Below, piece by piece: positions 24,661 through 34,133 of a stretch of DNA of 64,000 bases (positions are counted from its first letter, which is position 1; each line of letters starts with the position of its first letter). Under the pieces are notes generated by a model. It was not told the DNA's origin. It worked only from the letters and a program-made list of their open reading frames with translations, and did no database searches. Where the stretch lies: positions 1 through 64,000 of the forward strand of contig UYFQ01000002.1 in assembly GCA_900617105.1 (NCBI GenBank), in the 5' to 3' direction. The DNA comes from Hydrurus foetidus (lineage: Eukaryota). Both the position numbers and the translations under genes were made by a program.

Positions 24661-25338
24661 TCATGCTTTTTGCGCCTCAGCCGCAATCTGTCGCAACGCA
24701 TTTTCAAACACCTCAACGGGTTGCCCGCCCGAAATCAAATGCCTGTCGTTGATGATGACCGCCGGCACCGAACGTATGCCTTGGCGGGTGTAAAAAAACT
24801 CTTGCGCAAGAACCTCATCGGCGTATTGGCCAGATGCCAAAACCTCTGTTGCTGTTGCAGGGTCAAGCCCCACTTGAGCTGCTACTTGCAGCAGTACGTC
24901 GTGCGACCCGGGGCTTTGCCCGTCGGTAAAGTAGGCCGAAAACAGCGCCTCTTTTAAAGCTTTTTGTTTGTCCAGACTGACTGTTTCAGCCCAGTGCAGC
25001 AAACGGTGCGCGTCAAAGGTGTTGTGGATGCGGCTGCGCCCGCCGCCCGCGTCGGTAGCCATCGCAAACTTGAAGCCCACCTCAGCACCCCGCACACGAA
25101 TGTTCTCACGGTTGGCGTTGGCTTGATCAACACTGATGCCGTATTTTTGCGTGATGTGCTCGGTAATTTCCTGGCCCTCGGCGGCCATCTGCGGGTTAAG
25201 CTCAAACGGTTGAAAGTGAATATCGGCAGTGATGTCGGCCTGCACATTGGCCAAGGCCTGATCTAGCGCCTTCAGGCCTATGACGCACCAAGGGCACGAC
25301 ACATCTGACACGAAATCAATTTTTAATACAGTGGTCAT
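24661..25338 (-). CDS. DsbA/FrnE-family oxidoreductase
   Basis: SDVSCPWC; SVP cis-Pro loop. Confidence 0.88.
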   Translation of the reverse strand: MTTVLKIDFVSDVSCPWCVIGLKALDQALANVQADITADIHFQPFELNPQMAAEGQEITEHITQKYGISVDQANANRENIRVRGAEVGFKFAMATDAGGGRSRIHNTFDAHRLLHWAETVSLDKQKALKEALFSAYFTDGQSPGSHDVLLQVAAQVGLDPATATEVLASGQYADEVLAQEFFYTRQGIRSVPAVIINDRHLISGGQPVEVFENALRQIAAEAQKA

Positions 25339-25403
25339 GGCAGGCTTTTTCGCTGGTAAAAAGCCATTGTCTGCCATGAACCGGCTAAATTTAAGCTGCG
25401 CCT

Positions 25404-27776
25404 TTACAAACCAATCACACCGCCGTCGTTTTTAGTGATCACGATGGTGGCCGAGCGCGGCCTGGCCGACGCACCGCCTGGGCCGTACGCAGCTACGCCC
25501 GCGCCGTTACCTGGCCAGTTGCTTTCAAAAATTTTGCTGGTGAACTGCAGATTGGTGGTGTTCTCGCCCGGGTGCTGGATGTTGACGAACAAGGCTTTGC
25601 CGTCTGGCGACTCGGTCAGGCCGGTGACTTCAGCGCCGGTAGGTGCGGTCAAAAACCGCTTGAAGGTCACGTCAGTCATTTTTCGGCCCATGAAGGTGTT
25701 GACCGACCTGTCTTCAGTCACCGTTCGATTCGGGCTGCCGTCGGCCTTGTTAACCACCGTGACAGGCCCGCCATCACCGTGCTGACCCGGCACTACCGCC
25801 AGCAGCATGCAATTGGTCTGGTCGGTGAAGGTGTTGTCGTCGGTTTGAATCCACAAAATTCCGCTGGACGGCGCAAACCAGCAACCATCGGGTTTAGACA
25901 AATCGTTAAGCGGGCTCAAGCCAGACAGATTGACATTTTTCTGCCAATTGACATTGTCAAAGCCTGTGTCGGCCACCGCTTGTGCGCCAAACAAAAAGAT
26001 ATCCCACTTAAAGCTGGCCGCGCCTGCTGTGTCGCCGTCTTCACGAATGCGAACGATATGGCCGTTCACGTTGCCGCGCTGCGCGGGCACGGCCGTTGCG
26101 TTTTGCGACGTGATGCCTTTGCCGTCTACCCAATAGCGCGGGTTGGCGGCGTCGACTTCGGGATTGGTAAAGTTGTTGTTAGACGTGGCAGCGGTGTTGC
26201 CGCGGTCTGGGTTTTCGGTCATGGTGATGTAGATTTCGCCATTTTTAGGGTTGACGGCCGTCCACTCGGGCCGGTCCATGCGGGTGGCTTTGGCAGCGTC
26301 GGCCGCGAGGCGGGTGTTAACGCAAATGTCAGCTTGATTCTCAAATTTGTAGCCTGCGGGGTTCAGTGCGCTGGCGGGTACGCCGGCGGCAACATCGGGG
26401 TTGCTCATGTCGAGCTTGACCCACGTGCCCGTACCGTTAGCGTTGAAGCGGGCGGCGTAAATTGTGCCTTCGTCCATATACTCAGCACCCACATTCATGC
26501 GGTCGCTGCGGTTGGCATCGCCATGCGTCCAGAGCTTTTTAGACACGAATTTGTATACATATTCGCCCCGCGAATCGCAGCCAATGTAAAACGCTAAGGG
26601 TTGCCCAGCTTTGGCAATGCTGGCACTCGCGCCTTCATTGGCGCGGCGGCCCAGGGCCGTGCGTTTGACAGGCGCAGCAGTCGGGTTGAACGGATCAATT
26701 TCGACCACGTAGCCGAAGGTGTTGGCTGCATTGCGGAAGTCGCCTGTGCCGTCTACTGGCTGGGCGGTGTCAGCCGTGCAGTCCCAGCGGCTGAACTGTG
26801 TGTTGGCCTTGTCGCTTGCCGCCACACTGGCCCAGCGATTGTGGGCAAAGCCTGACGCACCGGGGCGAATACCGTTGCGCAGCAGGGCCGAGTTGTCGCG
26901 CTGGCTGCGCGCGGCGGTGTCGTTGCTGCGAATAAAGTAACCGGCCCAGTTTTCTTCACAAGTCAGGTACGTGCCCCACGGCGTGTAGCCGTTGGCGCAG
27001 TTGTTCACGGTGCCGCGTGTTTGGGTGCCGTTGGGTGAATAAACAGTTTTCATAAAAGCCGAACCGCGTGCAGGTCCAGACAGCTCCATCGGCGTAGCTG
27101 CAGTGATGCGGCGGTTAAAGCTGGACGCCTTCACGTAGCCGTACTTGCCGTTGGCTTTGCTCAGCTCGACCACTGACACACCATGGGCTTCTATCTCCTT
27201 TATCACCTCGGCTTCAGGCCGCGCGCCTGAGTTGGCGGCGCTACTGGTTTGCCCACCCGTGTGCATAAACCGAACTGTGCCCGTGATGTTTTCATGGTTC
27301 ATGACCAGCAGAGCGCGCTCAAGATTGTTGTCGTCACGCTGGCCAGCCGCGTTCAGGCCAAAGTAATGAATGCCGTCATGATGGTCACCCGCGCGGCGCG
27401 CAAAGTTGTCGTCTGAGCCGTCGTTTTTGTAGTCGCTGACCGCTGCGTCTATGGGGTCGCCCGTGGCGTAAATCACCGAAGCGGTGTAGCCTTCTGGCAC
27501 GGTAACGCGGTCCATCAGTGACTTGTTGACCGCCTTAAAGCCAAGCTGCGGCTCGGTACTTCCCGCGCCTGGCAGTGTGCTGCAAGCAGATAAACCTAGC
27601 GTTCCTAGCGCCCCCATCCCAGCCATGGTCATCGCCCCAACGCCACCTTTTAAAACATGACGACGGTGCAGGCGCGCGGCCATTACATCATTCAGGCTGG
27701 GGTTACCGCTGGTGTTGTTGTCAAGGTCGTCGGGGTCGGTATGGCTGGGGGCGGTCAAATGCTTGTCAAATGTCAT
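25404..27776 (-). CDS. phoX: PhoX-family alkaline phosphatase, Tat-exported
   Basis: RRHVLKGG twin-arginine signal; NHE, TPWGTYLTCEEN, MDRPEW, VNIQHPG. Confidence 0.9.
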   Translation of the reverse strand: MTFDKHLTAPSHTDPDDLDNNTSGNPSLNDVMAARLHRRHVLKGGVGAMTMAGMGALGTLGLSACSTLPGAGSTEPQLGFKAVNKSLMDRVTVPEGYTASVIYATGDPIDAAVSDYKNDGSDDNFARRAGDHHDGIHYFGLNAAGQRDDNNLERALLVMNHENITGTVRFMHTGGQTSSAANSGARPEAEVIKEIEAHGVSVVELSKANGKYGYVKASSFNRRITAATPMELSGPARGSAFMKTVYSPNGTQTRGTVNNCANGYTPWGTYLTCEENWAGYFIRSNDTAARSQRDNSALLRNGIRPGASGFAHNRWASVAASDKANTQFSRWDCTADTAQPVDGTGDFRNAANTFGYVVEIDPFNPTAAPVKRTALGRRANEGASASIAKAGQPLAFYIGCDSRGEYVYKFVSKKLWTHGDANRSDRMNVGAEYMDEGTIYAARFNANGTGTWVKLDMSNPDVAAGVPASALNPAGYKFENQADICVNTRLAADAAKATRMDRPEWTAVNPKNGEIYITMTENPDRGNTAATSNNNFTNPEVDAANPRYWVDGKGITSQNATAVPAQRGNVNGHIVRIREDGDTAGAASFKWDIFLFGAQAVADTGFDNVNWQKNVNLSGLSPLNDLSKPDGCWFAPSSGILWIQTDDNTFTDQTNCMLLAVVPGQHGDGGPVTVVNKADGSPNRTVTEDRSVNTFMGRKMTDVTFKRFLTAPTGAEVTGLTESPDGKALFVNIQHPGENTTNLQFTSKIFESNWPGNGAGVAAYGPGGASARPRSATIVITKNDGGVIGL

Positions 27777-27819
27777 CGTTTGCTTTCAATTAGAACTCTT
27801 GAAATGATGCTTTTTGTTT

Positions 27820-27837
27820 GTGACAGGTGCGTGACAA
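27820..27837 (-). promoter_or_regulatory. Pho box upstream of phoX
   Basis: TTGTCAC-GCAC-CTGTCAC, 11-bp period. Confidence 0.65.
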
Positions 27838-27856
27838 CCATGGGTCGCACCAGCAA

Positions 27857-28447
27857 ATGGATAATGCAAAGATGCAAGTTGTTACTGCCCAGTCACCGGC
27901 TCGGCCCACGTCGTTGGCTGATCTTTTTGTGTCCTTCACGCTGCTGGCTTTGCAGGGTTTTGGCGGCGTACTGGCCGTAGTGCAGCGCGAGCTGGTTGAG
28001 AAAAAGCGCTGGCTTACCCGAGAAGAATTCATCGAAGACTGGGCAGTGGCGCAGATCATGCCAGGGCCCAATGTGGTCAACCTGTCACTGATGATTGGCG
28101 CGCGGTATTTTGGTTTTAAAGGCGCCATGGCGGCGCTGGCTGGCATGCTGTTGGCGCCGTTGTGTGTGGTGCTGGCGCTGGCTGTGGTGTATGCGCAATT
28201 TGCTGATCACCCTGCTGTGCTGGGCGCTTTGCGCGGAATGGGCGCGGTTGCCGCTGGTTTGATTGCCGCCACCGGCTTAAAGCTTTTTGGGGCGCTGCAA
28301 AAAAACGCATTGGGCTTGCCGCTTTGCATTACCTTGGGCGCGCTTTGCTTTACAGCCGTTGCATTGCTGCGCTGGCCTTTGGCTTATGTATTGGTGGGGC
28401 TGGGCGGCGTGGCCTGCACGCTGGCGTACAGAAAGCTCGCGCCATGA
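27857..28447 (+). CDS. chrA: Short-chain chromate transporter, subunit 1
   Basis: GFGG, AQIMPGPN. Confidence 0.85.
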   Translation: MDNAKMQVVTAQSPARPTSLADLFVSFTLLALQGFGGVLAVVQRELVEKKRWLTREEFIEDWAVAQIMPGPNVVNLSLMIGARYFGFKGAMAALAGMLLAPLCVVLALAVVYAQFADHPAVLGALRGMGAVAAGLIAATGLKLFGALQKNALGLPLCITLGALCFTAVALLRWPLAYVLVGLGGVACTLAYRKLAP

Positions 28448-29028
28448 CCGAGCCCATCAGTTTGGTGTTGACCGTTCAAGACTGGTTGAGCCTGTTTTTT
28501 CACTTTGTTTCGCTGTCGTTGCTTGCTATCGGCGGGGCGATTACCACCGCGCCCGACATGCACCGCTATTTGGTTGACCAGCAGCACTGGCTAACCGATG
28601 CGCAGTTCAACGCATCAATTGCGATTGCGCAGGCCGCGCCGGGGCCAAACGTGCTGTTCATCGCGCTGATGGGCTGGAACGTGGGCTTGAACGCAGGCGG
28701 CATGCTGACCGGGTTGCTGGGCGTTTTTACCGCCATGCTGGGCATATTGATACCTAGCACCACCCTTACCTACCTGACCGCGCAGTGGGGCCACCGTAAC
28801 CGCGAGCTGCGGGCGGTGCGCGCCTTCAAGCAGGGCATGGCGCCGATTGTGGTGGCGCTGCTGATTGCCACGGGCTGGATACTGGCGACAGCTAACGCGA
28901 GCGATTCACCCGGCTGGCCGCTGTGGCTGTTGACTGGCGCCACGGCAATCGTCGTTTGGCGAAGCAAGGTGCACATGCTGTGGCTGCTGACAACCGGTGC
29001 TGCGCTGGGCGGGCTTGGCTGGGTTTAG
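28444..29028 (+). CDS. chrA: Short-chain chromate transporter, subunit 2
   Basis: AIGG, AQAAPGPN; ATGA coupling. Confidence 0.85.
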   Translation: MTEPISLVLTVQDWLSLFFHFVSLSLLAIGGAITTAPDMHRYLVDQQHWLTDAQFNASIAIAQAAPGPNVLFIALMGWNVGLNAGGMLTGLLGVFTAMLGILIPSTTLTYLTAQWGHRNRELRAVRAFKQGMAPIVVALLIATGWILATANASDSPGWPLWLLTGATAIVVWRSKVHMLWLLTTGAALGGLGWV

Positions 29029-29062
29029 AGTGAACGGCAGCGCCAGCGAATAGCGCCAGAGG

Positions 29063-29422
29063 CTAGCGCGGGTTCTCAAAAAAGATGTAGTTGGAGCCGT
29101 AATCGCTGATTTCAAAATACACTTTTTTCTCGCCTGGGTCGGCCAGCATATTCAGGTTTTCATCCAGCACGCCATAGCCGAACCGGTACGGCCGCGGCTT
29201 GCCGTCGTCGGTGCCCAGCGCGGTAGACAGCTTGTCGATTTTTATAAACCGACGCATCAGCTTGTCGCCTGCATAAAACTCCAGCACGCCGTTGGTGCCG
29301 GTCCAGTTTTGGATGTCGCGGCTGATCTTGTTTTGCTGCTCTTGCGTGCAACTGGCCAAAAAAAGCATGCCGAATAGGGCTAGAGCGCATATTCTTAGGG
29401 CGCGAGTAGCTATTAAACTCAT
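29063..29422 (-). CDS. Uncharacterised lipoprotein
   Basis: Lipobox FLASC; start ATG 29422 or TTG 29434. Confidence 0.65.
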   Translation of the reverse strand: MSLIATRALRICALALFGMLFLASCTQEQQNKISRDIQNWTGTNGVLEFYAGDKLMRRFIKIDKLSTALGTDDGKPRPYRFGYGVLDENLNMLADPGEKKVYFEISDYGSNYIFFENPR

Positions 29423-29425
29423 AGT
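29383..29425 (+). repeat. 43-bp repeat copy overlapping the lipoprotein start
   Basis: GAGCGCATATTCTTAGGGCGCGAGTAGCTATTAAACTCATAGT; flank GCCGAATAGG shared with the 6391 copy. Confidence 0.65.
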
Positions 29426-29448
29426 ATTTTTCAAAAGTTGTTAGTCTA

Positions 29449-30204
29449 TCAAACTGCGCGCCGCTGCCGCAGCGCTTCATACAAACACACACCGCTAGCC
29501 ACTGACACGTTCAGGCTTTCAACCGCGCCATGCATCGGAATGCTGACCAACTGGTCACACGTCTTGCGTGTCAACTGGCGCATGCCCTCACCTTCCGCGC
29601 CCAGCACCAGCGCAACCGGGCCAGTCAAATCCACATCGTAGATTGTTTTTTCGGCGTCATCTGACGTGCCGATGCACCAGATGTTGCGCTCTTTCAACTC
29701 ACCCAGCGTGCGGGCCAAATTGGTGACCATAAAGTACGGCATGGTTTCAGCCGCGCCGCTGGCCACCTTCGACACAATGGCGCTGATGCCCGCCGCGTGG
29801 TCTTTGGGCGCTATAACGGCGTGAGCACCCGCGCCGTCAGCCACGCGCAAACAAGCACCCAGGTTGTGCGGGTCGGTCACGCCATCCAGTACCAGCAGCA
29901 ATGGATTTTTAATTCCAGACGCTTCCAGGTTTTCAAGCAGCTCATCAAGCGAGGTGACTTGCGCCAGCGCATCCACCCGCGCCACCACGCCTTGGTGGCC
30001 ATGGCTGCCGCACATTTTTGCCAACCGCAAGCCGTCAGACTCGACCAGCTTGATACCGCTGTCGCGCGCGCGGTCGGTGAAAGCACGCATGCGCGCGTCA
30101 CGGCGCTGTACGTCGTAGAACACTTCGTATACAGATTTGGGGGCGGTTTTTATCCGCACGCCGACAGCATGAAAGCCGAAGAGGTTTTTTGAGGCAGATG
30201 GCAT
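29449..30204 (-). CDS. rlmB: 23S rRNA Gm2251 methyltransferase
   Basis: HQGV, DPHNLGACLR, GAEGEG, ESLNVSVA. Confidence 0.95.
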   Translation of the reverse strand: MPSASKNLFGFHAVGVRIKTAPKSVYEVFYDVQRRDARMRAFTDRARDSGIKLVESDGLRLAKMCGSHGHQGVVARVDALAQVTSLDELLENLEASGIKNPLLLVLDGVTDPHNLGACLRVADGAGAHAVIAPKDHAAGISAIVSKVASGAAETMPYFMVTNLARTLGELKERNIWCIGTSDDAEKTIYDVDLTGPVALVLGAEGEGMRQLTRKTCDQLVSIPMHGAVESLNVSVASGVCLYEALRQRRAV

Positions 30205-30241
30205 ACCGTGATTATCCCCGTACCCGACAGACTATTTCTCT

Positions 30242-30284
30242 GCTATTTTTACGGTAGCTGCTTGCGCCCGTATTTATTGGGCTG
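30242..30284 (-). repeat. 43-bp repeat copy forming the TetR 3' end
   Basis: GCTATTTTTACGGTAGCTGCTTGCGCCCGTATTTATTGGGCTG. Confidence 0.85.
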
Positions 30285-30929
30285 TGGCCGTTTTAATTCA
30301 TAAGCTGCAAAGAAAACACGCAGTCCTGCGTCTACCCGCTGAGGTATTGAAGCTCTAACGACGCTGCTCTCGATGTCCAGCGCGAGCTGGAAATTTGAGA
30401 TCCCCTGCCACAAACCAATCAACTGCTCAGCAGCAGCTAATGGGTCGGCAATATCGAGCTCACCAGATTGAGCCGCAGAACGCAACAGCGCTGCCAAATT
30501 TGATTTTGTTCGCCCGGGACCCAAGTCGTAAAAGCGCTGTGCCAACGATTTGTGGCGAGCGAGTTCAGCCGATAAAGCCTTATAAAAATCGACCGCTGGC
30601 GGACTGACCATGAAATTCATCAGCCCGATACCAAATTGCCGCAACGATACCTGCAAATTTGGTGGCGTTCTAGGGTCAACTGGGGGATTCTGAGCGGCTT
30701 CGATGCGCTCCGTCTCACGCAACATGGCCGCCTCAAACAGTACAGCTTTATCGGCAAAGTGTTTATAAAACGTTGCCTTTGCCACACCCGCGCGCGCAGC
30801 GATGGCCTCAACCGACACTGCTTCGACCCCGCGCTCAAGGAACATCGCCCAGCCGGCATCCAAAATTCTGGAAGCCAGCGTTGGGTCAGTCGGCCGGCCT
30901 ACGGTTCGGGGGGACAGAGCCTGAATCAC
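30249..30929 (-). CDS. TetR/AcrR-family regulator
   Basis: IAARAGVAKATFYKHFADK. Confidence 0.9.
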   Translation of the reverse strand: MIQALSPRTVGRPTDPTLASRILDAGWAMFLERGVEAVSVEAIAARAGVAKATFYKHFADKAVLFEAAMLRETERIEAAQNPPVDPRTPPNLQVSLRQFGIGLMNFMVSPPAVDFYKALSAELARHKSLAQRFYDLGPGRTKSNLAALLRSAAQSGELDIADPLAAAEQLIGLWQGISNFQLALDIESSVVRASIPQRVDAGLRVFFAAYELKRPQPNKYGRKQLP

Positions 30930-31112
30930 GGTTAAATTTTTTGCTTTGACAAATGAAAGAGATTTAACATACGATACCGTTTCTTAATTATTTGAGCATC
31001 TTAAGAAATCAGCATAGCGCACCACAACGAGGTTTGACACGAAACACACATCACCTGCCACTGCTCTCGTCAATCAAAACCCACTTCGCGAAATAACTAA
31101 AACGTCACCGAA

Positions 31113-31916
31113 ATGAAAACCCTGAATACGCGCAAAATCGCGGCTCAACCCGACTACGGAATAGATGCACCTGGCATACGCTTGGGTATGTTGACCGGAG
31201 GTATTGTTGGCCTGCTGCTGGCATTGACCCTATCTTTAATTGGCCCCTACATCGTATGGATACCGACTGGGCTTAAAACGGCTGTTTTGATCGTTGGCTT
31301 AATCGGGGCTGCGTATGGTTTTTTCATGGCCAGTTACATGACCTGGGCAAGTCGGGTTGGCAAGTTGCGAACTCGCAAGCGGCTATTGGATGGTGCGGCG
31401 CACATGCTGAACTGGACAGGGCGTGAGAAAGTGCTGGACGTCGGCTGCGGGCGCGGCCTGATGCTGATTGGAGCAGCGCTGCGGCTAACGCAAGGGATAG
31501 CGATTGGCATCGACGTGTGGCGCACCGAGGATCAGGCCAACAACACACCCGAGGCCGCCCTCGGCAACGTTCGCTTGGCTGGGGTTGCTGATCGCATATC
31601 GGTTGACACCGGCGACGCCCGTGACCTGCCCTACCCTGACGCGAGCTTTGACCTAGTTGTCTCGCACTGGGTGGTGCACAACATCGCAGACCAAAAAGAC
31701 CGTTTGCAGGTACTTGATGAAATGCTGCGCGTGCTAAGGCCAGGCGGGGTCATCGCATTGGCAGATATTGAGCACATTCGAGACTACAGCAACCATCTTT
31801 TGAAAGCTGGAGCAGTTGATGTGAAAGTGCTGGACGGCGGAGCTGAGGCTGCGGTAATGGGCGTGCTGAGTGGAGGCAGCTTCCGCCCGCAAGCGCTCTT
31901 CGCCCGCAAAGCATAG
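31113..31916 (+). CDS. Membrane-anchored class I SAM methyltransferase
   Basis: Two N-terminal TM segments; VLDVGCGRG; LRPGG. Confidence 0.85.
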   Translation: MKTLNTRKIAAQPDYGIDAPGIRLGMLTGGIVGLLLALTLSLIGPYIVWIPTGLKTAVLIVGLIGAAYGFFMASYMTWASRVGKLRTRKRLLDGAAHMLNWTGREKVLDVGCGRGLMLIGAALRLTQGIAIGIDVWRTEDQANNTPEAALGNVRLAGVADRISVDTGDARDLPYPDASFDLVVSHWVVHNIADQKDRLQVLDEMLRVLRPGGVIALADIEHIRDYSNHLLKAGAVDVKVLDGGAEAAVMGVLSGGSFRPQALFARKA

Positions 31917-31963
31917 AACATAGGATTGTGCAATTGGCATTTCAGTACAGAGAAAAACATTGC

Positions 31964-31985
31964 GCTATGTTCTCGGTAGCTGCTT
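31964..31985 (-). repeat. Partial repeat copy
   Basis: GCTATGTTCTCGGTAGCTGCTT. Confidence 0.5.
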
Positions 31986-32012
31986 ATCCTTTTTTAATTT
32001 GTCCGCGACCCC

Positions 32013-32426
32013 TTAAGGATGCATCACAGGGATGACCTGCCTGCCATTCTTGCGATAAATCGCAAAGTCACTGTCCAGCGTCAACACCGGGCTGTGCGGA
32101 TGCAGCTCTGCCAGCCGAACCAGGCAGGCGTCGGCCAATGACATGGGCACATCGGTGTAGCGGCGGGTCATGGCCAATATCGCGCTGTGCTGATCCGCCA
32201 GCGCCATGCCAATGCTCAGAAAGCCCTCGCCCAGCATTTCAATCAGCGCAACGCGCGCACCGGGTACGGCGCGGGTCAGGTAAGTGGCCTCAGCCAGCAC
32301 GGCTTCGCAGGTCAACATGGGCGGTTGTATGTCGCCCAGTTGCTGCATCACCCAGGCATGATGCTTGTCGCGGCTATTGAGCAGTGCGACCAGCGGGCCA
32401 GTGTCAACAATGATGCGGCTTTTCAT
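32013..32426 (-). CDS. vapC: PIN-domain (VapC) toxin
   Basis: VDTG, MSLADA, TLDSDF. Confidence 0.85.
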   Translation of the reverse strand: MKSRIIVDTGPLVALLNSRDKHHAWVMQQLGDIQPPMLTCEAVLAEATYLTRAVPGARVALIEMLGEGFLSIGMALADQHSAILAMTRRYTDVPMSLADACLVRLAELHPHSPVLTLDSDFAIYRKNGRQVIPVMHP

Positions 32427-32662
32427 TCCCCAAAACCATCAAGGTGCTTGGGATTGGTCGATAAGTCTTTAGGGCCCTGCATAAGGCCTGCCCAGCGTTG
32501 GGCACGGTCTGCACAAGATGCGACAGCAGGTTGTGCACCCGTCTGTAAGTAGGCCGCAAGCGCCGAACGAATGATTTCGCTTTGGCTGGACGCGCTGGTT
32601 TTTGCGCGTTCAGCCAGGTCGTGAAACATGGGGTCGGGGATTTTGATTGAAAGTGCTTTCAT
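32423..32662 (-). CDS. Ribbon-helix-helix antitoxin
   Basis: LSIKIP...SEIIRSAL...DLSTN; coupled to the PIN gene. Confidence 0.75.
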   Translation of the reverse strand: MKALSIKIPDPMFHDLAERAKTSASSQSEIIRSALAAYLQTGAQPAVASCADRAQRWAGLMQGPKDLSTNPKHLDGFGE

Positions 32663-32707
32663 GGACTAATTGTAATACCCAATTGGCAGCACAGAAATAC
32701 CATCGGT

Positions 32708-33433
32708 TTAATCCAGCTTGATTTGCCCAGCCTCAATCACAATCCGCCGCTCGCAGCGCGCAGCGATTGCCTTGTCATGCGTGACCAGCACCAGCGTGGT
32801 GCCCAGCTCGCGGTTCAGCTCAAACATCAGCTGCATCACGGTGTCGCCGGTGGCAAAGTCCAGGCTCCCGGTGGGCTCGTCTGCCAGCAGCACGGCGGGT
32901 TGCACCACGAAGGCGCGGGCGAGCGCCACGCGCTGCTGCTCGCCGCCTGACAGCACCTTGGGATAGTGCGACAAGCGCGCGCCCAGGCCGACGCGTTTGA
33001 GCATCTCCAGCGCCAGGCTGCGTGCGTTTTTGGTGCCTGAGAGTTCCAGCGGCAGCATGACGTTTTCAAGCGCCGTCAAATTGCCCATCAACTGAAAACT
33101 TTGGAACACAAAGCCGACCTTTTGCGCGCGCAGCGCGGCTCGGTCGTCTTCGCTCAGCGCAAAAATGTCTTGGCCTGCCAAGCGCACCGTACCGCTGGTA
33201 GGTGTGTCCAGCCCGGCGATGATCGACAGCAGCGTGCTTTTGCCTGAGCCCGATGCACCGACAATGGCGGCGGTTTCGCGCGGGGCTAGCGTGAAATCAA
33301 TGTCACGCAAAATGGTCAATGTGCCGGTCGAGTCGCTGACGGACTTGAAAATATGGTCAACAGCAACAATTGAAGACACGTTGTTGGTATTAACGTCGTT
33401 GGTATTGCTCTCGGAATCTACTAAATCAGACAT
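32708..33433 (-). CDS. ABC ATP-binding protein (YbbA-like)
   Basis: [19 protein letters not shown]; divergent from tesA. Confidence 0.9.
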   Translation of the reverse strand: MSDLVDSESNTNDVNTNNVSSIVAVDHIFKSVSDSTGTLTILRDIDFTLAPRETAAIVGASGSGKSTLLSIIAGLDTPTSGTVRLAGQDIFALSEDDRAALRAQKVGFVFQSFQLMGNLTALENVMLPLELSGTKNARSLALEMLKRVGLGARLSHYPKVLSGGEQQRVALARAFVVQPAVLLADEPTGSLDFATGDTVMQLMFELNRELGTTLVLVTHDKAIAARCERRIVIEAGQIKLD

Positions 33434-33467
33434 GTTGCCCTTATCAAACTTAAACATCATTTTGCCT

Positions 33468-34133
33468 ATGCTGCACTTTAACAACTGGCGCCATTCGCGC
33501 GCCCTGCAAGGCCTATGCGCCGGCTTGGCAATGGTCATGGGTTTACTTGGCGCTCAACAGGCGCAGGCAGCAACGCCACACACAATTTTGATTGTGGGCG
33601 ATTCGCTCAGCGCTGAATACGGCCTAAAACGCGGCACGGGCTGGGTACCGCTGCTTGAAAAGCAGCTGGCCTTTGACAAAATCAACGCAAAAGTAGTTAA
33701 CGCCAGCATCAGCGGCGATACGACGTCGGGCGGCCGGTCCCGCTTTGCGGCTCTGCTTAAAACGCACAAGCCGACCGTTGTGGTGATTGAACTTGGCGGC
33801 AACGACGCCCTGCGCGGCCTGCCGCTGGACATGACTGAAAAAAATCTCAACGACATGGTGAAAGCCGCGTTAGACGGTGGCGCAAAAGTTTTGCTGCTGG
33901 GCATGCAGGTGCCGCCCAATTACGGCGGCGCTTATGCAGCCAATTTTTCAAAGCTCTACGCAAAAGTAGCCGCTGAACGCAAAGTATTGTTGATGCCGTT
34001 TTTTCTGAAAGGCGTGGCAGACGTGCCCGACGTCGCCAGCCAATTCCAAGCCGACCGCATTCACCCCAACGAACAGGCGCAACCCAAAATGCTAGCCAAC
34101 GTGTGGCCTGAACTTAAAAAACTTCTTAAATGA
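33468..34133 (+). CDS. tesA: SGNH/GDSL arylesterase
   Basis: GDSLS, GGND, DRIHP. Confidence 0.9.
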   Translation: MLHFNNWRHSRALQGLCAGLAMVMGLLGAQQAQAATPHTILIVGDSLSAEYGLKRGTGWVPLLEKQLAFDKINAKVVNASISGDTTSGGRSRFAALLKTHKPTVVVIELGGNDALRGLPLDMTEKNLNDMVKAALDGGAKVLLLGMQVPPNYGGAYAANFSKLYAKVAAERKVLLMPFFLKGVADVPDVASQFQADRIHPNEQAQPKMLANVWPELKKLLK

